A DNA stretch of 64,000 nt from Hypanus sabinus. Lineage: Eukaryota. The notes beneath the pieces were generated by a model, which saw only the letters and a program-made list of their open reading frames with translations, ran no database searches and had not been told where the DNA came from. This document shows positions 57,020-64,000 of this stretch, piece by piece. The position numbers and the translations under genes were made by a program. The stretch's first letter is position 1, and every line of letters starts with the position of its first letter. The DNA lies in assembly GCF_030144855.1 (NCBI RefSeq), contig NC_082722.1, positions 12,028,001 through 12,092,000 of the forward strand. The letters are read 5' to 3'.

Positions 57020-60000
57020 TGATATTCTTTACTATGACTATGAGGAGTGCGAAAGGTACTAAAACAGAAGATGGCTCCTGTATGTTTGGAGTCTATAATG
57101 GATTTGCTTCAAAAACACAGAAAAGAATCTTCCGGCGAGTTCCAACAACTTAGATCTGAATTTAAGCTAATGGACGTAAAACTGGATTCTATTCAAAAAA
57201 CCTTAAACAAACATGGCAAACGAATAGAGGAGAATAAAGAAATTCTGAGGACTTTGAATGGATGACCTGCAAATGATCTGTGAAAAGCAATATAAATCTA
57301 ATGAGAAATTAAGACAGAAGATTATCATTTTAGAAAACAGAAGCAGAAGAAATAACTTATGAATTCTGGGTCTTGAAGAGTTAGTGGAAGGTGATCAGCC
57401 TCCTGAATTCTTTGCAAGCTTTTTGGTACAATTATTTTCTAAAATCTTACCGTCTGCACCTATGATCGATCGAACTCATAGATCACCAGTCCCGAGACCA
57501 CCTCTGGGAGCCAAGACCAGATCAGTTATAACTTGTTTGGATGAATTTCAAACGAAGGGATATTTAATTCGTGAATCTCGTCGAAGAGGAATGATTAATT
57601 ACAAGGATCAGAAGATCAGCAGGTTGACTCAGTGGTTAAGAAGGCGTACGGTGTATTGGTCTTCATCAATCGTGGAAATGAATTTTGCAGCTTTATAGGA
57701 CCCTGGTCAGACTCCAGTTGAATCGTGCTCAGTTTTGGTCGCTTCACTGCAGGAAGGATGTGGAAGCAATTGAAAGGGTGCAGAGGAGATTTACAAGTAT
57801 GTTGCCTAGATTGGGGACCATGTCTTTATGAGTGAACTCGGCCTTTTCTCCTTGGAGCGACAGAGGATGAGAGGTGAACTGATCGATGTGTATGAGAAGT
57901 TGAGAGGCGTTGATCGTGTGGATTGTCAAAGGCTCTTTCCCAGGGCTGGAATGGTTGCCACAAGAGGACACAGGTTTGAGGTGCTGGTGAATAGGTACAG
58001 AGGAGATGGTCAGGGGTAAGGTTTTTACTCGAAGAGTGGTGAGTGCGTGGAGTGGGCTGCTGGCAAAGGCGGTGGAGGCGAATACAATAGGGTCTTTTAA
58101 GAGACTTTTGGATAGGTACATGAAGCTTAGAACAATAGAGGGCTATAGGTAAGCCTAGTAATTTCTAGGGTAGGGACATGTTCGGCCTAACCTTGTGAGC
58201 TGAAGGGCCTGTACTGTGCTGTAGGTTTTCTATGTTTCTATGTTTCTATCAGGATTGTCGAGGATTTTTCACCCGAGGTCATGAATGAGTGTGCTAAATT
58301 CAAAGAGAATATGTCGGAACTTTTTAACAAAGGTTTAAAGCCGTCTCTTCGTTATCCTGCTCGTCTTGGAATCACTCTGCAAGATAGTTCTAAAGAATGG
58401 TTTCGCTCGAGTGGAGAAGCCCGGGATTTTTAAAAGACAATGGATTGACTGTTTAGTACCTTGCTATATGATTCTCTTAATTTTGGTGAACCTTCGCAGC
58501 TAAACTTCCTTGTGGCTGAGATGCATTACTTAGAGAATAAGATATTAATGAGTTAATAACGAGTATGATTTTTTCGCCGTTATTTAGTCTACTTTGGAAT
58601 ACAGTTGACCTTGAAGTTAATTAGGAGTCAATCAGCAGGCTGTTTTGGGAGGGTAATGTCATTAGTTGTAGCTGCCACTCTTAACATTAAATGATTAAAT
58701 CACCCTGTGAAGCAGAATAAGATTTTTGCCTATACTAAAAAACTTAAGGCCCCAATTATATTTTTACATGTGACACATATACATAATTGTGACAACTAAC
58801 GTACATTCAGTAGATGGAAAGGACTACATTTTTACTCCTCTTTTCAGGCTAAGTCTAGAGGAGGTTCAATTTTTACGGATAATATAATTCCCTTTGTCCA
58901 ACATAAAGTAGTGTCTGATGCTAATGGAAGTTTTGTCATAATATCATGGAAATTAATGAATTAATGATATTTGCCAATCTGTATGCTTCAAATACAGATG
59001 ATCCAAGATTTTCTGAGCGTTTTTTTTTTCGTTTTTGCCAGATTTTCATCATTGGTGATGAGAGGAGATTTTAATTGTCGGTTAGATCCAGTTTTAGATA
59101 GGTCATACTTAACAAATCAGCTTTGTTTATTCAATTTTTAAAAAATGAAATGCGGTATTGATGATATATGGCGTTTCTTATATCCACTAGGTAAGGAGTA
59201 TTCGTTTTATCCTTATGTCCATTATATGTATTCCAGGATTGATTACTTTTTTATTGATAGTCAAATTGTTCCTTTAGTTCGATCATGTGAATACAAAGAA
59301 ATTGCTGTTTCAGATCATGCTCCGGTGCTTTTTGCTTTAAATTTCTCTGGTCTTCCTGAAATAAACTGATCTTGGAGATTTAATTTAACTTTGCGATCTG
59401 ATAAAGATTTCTCAAAATTTCTGGGGGACAAATAATTCTTTTTTTAAGAGAATACTTTGGAAGAGACTTATTAAATGGGTTGCCTTTAAGACTTTCAGAG
59501 GTCAAATTATTTCCTATACTGCAAGTGTCAAGTAAAAAAGCTAATAAAGAGAGAATTGAGATGGATAATCAGATAAAACAATTAGATAAAAATATGCCTC
59601 GGCTCCAGATCCTGCTTTATATAAAGGACGTGTTGAAATGATAAATATGATCTTCTTTTAATACATCCAATTGAAGCTCAACTTTTAAAGGATAAAAGTC
59701 AATTTTATACCAACGGAGACAAAATGATATTTTTTAAAAAATTTATTCTAAACTTTATAGTTCTGACCCTCCCAAAGATAACATTGTAATGAATAATTTT
59801 AGAACAATTAAACATTCCTACACTTTCTGTTTTAACAAAAAAGAGATCAACCTATTTCGTATGAGGAAATTGCCGAGGTTGTACGTTCCTTGGACTCTAG
59901 GAAGGCTCCGGGTCTTGATGGATTTTCTGCAGAATTTTATAAGGCTTTTTCCTCATTGCTTATACCTCAGTTATGTGCAGTTTTTTCGGACTCCATTAAG

Positions 60001-61940
60001 TTGGGTAGGTTGTCACAATCTTTTTATGAAGCTTCTATTTCACTTATTCTTAAAAAGAATAAGAACCCAACCGAATGCTCTTCATACAGACCAATTTCTT
60101 TACTTAATGTTGATACCAAAATCCTATCTAAAGTTCTAGTCCGTAGAATTGAAAATATTTCACCATCTATCATTTCTGAAGATCAGACAGGTTTTATTAT
60201 AAATCGATATTCCCACTTTAATATTCATCATTTATTAAACTTTATTTATTCCCCTTCTAAGGAAGTATCGGAATGTATGACTTCTGTGGACGCTGAGAGA
60301 GCTTTTCATCAGGTTGAATCTAATTATTTATTTGAAACTTAAAAAAAAATTAATTTTGGGCCCGATTTTATTCAATGGGTTGAATTACTCTATCTACTCT
60401 CCTTCTGCCAAGGTCCTTGCTAATTTTCAGTATTCCAAACCTTTTAAACTTCAATGTGGAACTGGACAAGGTTGTCCGCTGAGCCATTTGTTCTTTGATT
60501 TGGCCTTGCTTAGCAATTGCTTTTCGACAATCTAATGATATTATTGGTATTCTAAGGAGAGGGACTGTTCATAAAGTTTCGCTTTATGCTGATGACATAT
60601 TCGTTTTTATTGCTAATGCTGAGACTTTTCTACCTCCTGTGCTTTCATTACTTTCTTGTTTTAGCCAGTTTTCAAAATACAAAATGAATTTACATAAGAG
60701 GGAACTTTTTCCTCTGAATAATTTGTCATCAATTAAAATCGTAAAAATCTTCCTTTTGAAATCGTAAAAAATCAATTTACCTATTTGGGTGTAACAATTA
60801 CCAAGAATTATAAACACCTGTTGAATGAAAATTTTCTTACCTCACTAAATTTTGTAAAAAGGACACTATCAAATTGCTCGTCTTTTTATCCATGATTGGC
60901 GGAATCAACTCTATCAAAATGATCATTTTACCTAAATTTATATACCTTTTTCAGGCATTGCCTGTTTTTATTCCTAAATCTTTTTTTGATTCTCTCGATT
61001 CTATTATATCTTCTTACATATGGAAAAACAAACATTCTCGACTAAATAAAGTTCATCTTCAAAAAACTAAGAAGAATGGAGGTTTAGATTTTATTATTTG
61101 GCAGTCAATATAGGAAATCTTTGGTTTGGACATATTATATTAACCGTGAGGTCTGTCCGATATGGGTTTCTTTAGAAGCTAACACTGTTAATAAATTTTC
61201 CACAATTTACCTTCTCGAATCCTCACTCTCTTTACATTTCAGTAAACTAACTGAATATTTGGTTGTTAAACATACTTTGTGGATTTGGATACAATTTAGG
61301 AAATTCTTTGGTATATTGAGATTTTTTTTGTCTAGTCCCATTTGTTTTAACTATTGTTTTAAACCTTTTATGACCGATTCAGTTTTTAAAGAATAGGATA
61401 GATTGGGTATTAAATGCTTCCAGGATTTGTTTGTTGGAGGAAGTCTTCTTTCGTTTGAGCAAATGTCAGCTAAATATAGTTTCCCCAAAACTCATTTTTT
61501 CCCCGTTATTTACAAATTAGAGACTTTCTGCGTCTCAAATATATACATTTCCTATAAGTTCCAATAAGGACATATTAGATGTAATTTAAATTTGAAAGCC
61601 TTTTATAATAGTTCAATATCCAATATTTATGGTATGTTGCTAGAAATGAGAAACGTTCCTATAGACCAAATTAAAAATCTTTGGGAACAAGATATACAGA
61701 CATCAGTCTCTGAGGAAACTTGGAATGATTTCTTTAAAATTGATTAACTCTTCATCGTTATGTGTCTGTCATTCCCTTTTACAATTTAAAGTGGTTCATA
61801 GGGCTCACAGGTCTAAAGATAAGCTATCTCGTTGTTATACGAATATACTCCCTTTCTGTGATAGATGTAATAATGGAAAAGCTTCATTAATTCACATGTT
61901 TTGAACATGTCCGAGCCTTGAAAGATCCTGAAAGGAAGGA
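57020..61940 (+). mobile_element. Degenerate near full-length L1-clade LINE (ORF1 and ORF2), interrupted by a CR1 fragment
   Basis: ORF1 LENRSRRNNL.ILGL, IDRTHRS. ORF2 YSRIDYFF..SDHAPV, KAPGLDGFSAEFY, SYRPISLLNVDTKI, GTGQGCPLS, YADDI, YLGVTI, terminal CDRC..HMF. Confidence 0.92.
57705..58250 (+). mobile_element. CR1 3'-end fragment inserted in L1 ORF1
   Basis: QFWSLHCRKDVEAIERVQRRFT, RMRGELIDVY, tail TTTCTATGTTTCTATGTTTCTAT. Confidence 0.9.
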
Positions 61941-62063
61941 GACCGCCTCTGTCTGTAGATGGAGTAGCAGTAATTTTGTGTTCCTCTTAGTTATCTCTCT
62001 ATCCCCCTAGTTTAAATTCCGAATTTAAAATTTTTACTTGCTGATTCTTGAAGGGGCAAGAAT

Positions 62064-62900
62064 ATGCCTATGTCTACTAGGGGTGGGAAGAATCTGCCTG
62101 AACCTAGTGACAAAGGTAATGGAAAAGGAAAGATGCCAACAGAAAGATCTGATGAAATGCCATCATGGACTGAAGATATCGGTCGGACACTGAATTCAAT
62201 TCACGATCACAATAGGTCAATTAAAGACCAACTGGAAAAGAATAATAATGAAATGAAGTAATTTCTGGGAAAACTTAAAGATGTGGAAACTAAAGTTATT
62301 GCACATGAAGAGGAGCTGAAGTTAACTAAGAAAAGATTGTCTGAAACTACAACGCGTTTGGAAAGATATCAGAATAAAATTATGGACCTTGAAATTAGGT
62401 CTCGCCGAAAGAACATACGAATTGTTGGATTGCAAGAAGGAGCTGAAGATGGAGATTTAATGGTTTACTTTGGTAAGCTTTTCCATACTCTATTTCCTGC
62501 TATTTTATCACAGCTGCCTGCCATAGAAAGAGCACACAGAGCGTTTACTTCGAAATTTAAGGACTCAAGTAGACCAAGATCCATTCTGGTTCGTTTTCAT
62601 CACTTTAAAATTAAAGATCAAATAATGCGACAGGCAAGAAAACAGAGTTTTTAGATTCGAGTCTGAGTTCCGTTTTTCTGAAGATTATCCGAAAGAAGTA
62701 GTGGAACAAAGATCAAGATTTGCTGTGGTAATGAAACAAGCATATGATAAGAAATTGTTTCCCTCTTAGCGTTACCCGACAAGAATGAAAGTTTTTCCTC
62801 CTCTTTCTCCTCCTTGCACATTCTTTGATCCAAAAGTCGCACTGGACTTTGTTCAAACTATACCTGCCCCCGCTACTGAGGCCGCTACTGAATGAACTAT
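62064..62900 (+). mobile_element. L1-clade ORF1 (second copy, 5' part)
   Basis: Coiled coil, then DLEIRSRRKNIRIVGLQEGAE..IERAHR..PRSILVRF. Confidence 0.88.
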
Positions 62901-63104
62901 CTGAAGGGTTGTTTGATTATCTGTATATTATATGAAAAGAAGATATATGAAGGTTACTTGGATATTTCATTGAGAGATTAATGAAAGAAGATAAGAAGAA
63001 TTGTTCAGTATTGCTTATTATTGGAGTTTTTGGGAAAGAAGATTTATGGTTCAAGTTTGACTGTTTAAATGGCTATTCAGATATTTGACTGAGAAAAGAA
63101 GATA

Positions 63105-63900
63105 AAAAGGGTTCTAAGAGTAAACCTAGCAATTATAGGCCTGTCAGTTTGACGTCAGTGGTGGGTAAATTAATGGAAAGTATTCTTAGAGATCGTATAT
63201 ATAATTATCTGGGCAGCCAGGGTCTGATTAGAAATAGTCAGCATGGATTCGTGCGTGAAAGGTCATGTTTGACAAATCTTATTGAATTTTTTGAAGAGGT
63301 TACGAAGAAAGTTGACGAGGGTAAAGCAGAGGATGTTGCCTATACGACTTCAGTAAGGCCTTTGACAAGATTCTGCACGGAAGGTTAGTTAGGAAGGTTC
63401 AATCGTTAGGTATTAATATTGAAGTAGTAAAATGGATTCAACAGTGGCTATATGGGAGATGCCAGAGAGTAGTGGTAGATAACTGTTTGTCATGTTGGAG
63501 GCCGGTGACGAGTGGTATGCCTCAGGGATCTGCATTGGGTCCAATATTGTTTGTCATATACATTAATGATCTGGATGATGGGGTGGTAAATTGGATTAGT
63601 AAGTATGCAGATGATACTAAGGTAGGTGGCGTTGTGGATAATGAAGAAGGTTTTCAAAGCTTGCAGAGGGATTTAGGCCAGTTATAAGAGTAGGCTGAAC
63701 GATGGCAGATGAAGTTTAATGCTGATACGTGTGAGGTGCTACATTTTGGTAGGAATAATCCAAATAGGACATAGATGGTAAATGGTAGGGCGTTGAAGAA
63801 TGCAGTAAAACAGTGTGATCTATGAATAATGGTGCATAGTTTAAGGGTAACACGAGGGGGAGTTTCTTTACTCAGAGAGTTGTACCTGTGTGGAATGAGC
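63105..63900 (+). mobile_element. CR1 RT fragment
   Basis: [45 protein letters not shown]. Confidence 0.93.
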
Positions 63901-64000
63901 TTTATAACTCAATGCTCTGAGTTATAAAGGCCAGCATACCAAAAGCTTTCGTCACCACCCTATCCATATGAGATTCCACCTTCAGGGAACTATGCACCAT

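Overview
Vertebrate genomic DNA. The repeat families and the gene type suggest a cartilaginous fish, probably a ray (inferred, not proven). Most of the window is transposon debris: CR1 LINEs (several with zinc-finger/SGNH-esterase ORF1), L1-clade LINEs, Ty3/Gypsy chromovirus proviruses and solo LTRs, a Penelope-like element, Tc1 remnants and a 2.5-kb G/A-rich minisatellite. One host gene can be rebuilt by hand on the + strand from ~13692 to 23532. It has six exons with GT-AG junctions and consistent phases: leader, V-set Ig domain with a germline-joined J-like end, C1-set Ig domain, uncharged TM, and two cytoplasmic exons. It encodes a ~359-aa non-rearranging antigen-receptor-like/SIRP-like inhibitory receptor with an ITIM (LSYATL), an ITSM (TEYAEV) and a third Tyr motif. 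The last exon is not in the ORF track. Other notable structures are a ~750-bp-arm inverted duplication upstream of the gene and a three-level nested insertion (CR1 > L1 > two Gypsy) in which most target-site duplications are still readable. No database searches were possible, so family names rest on motif recognition.
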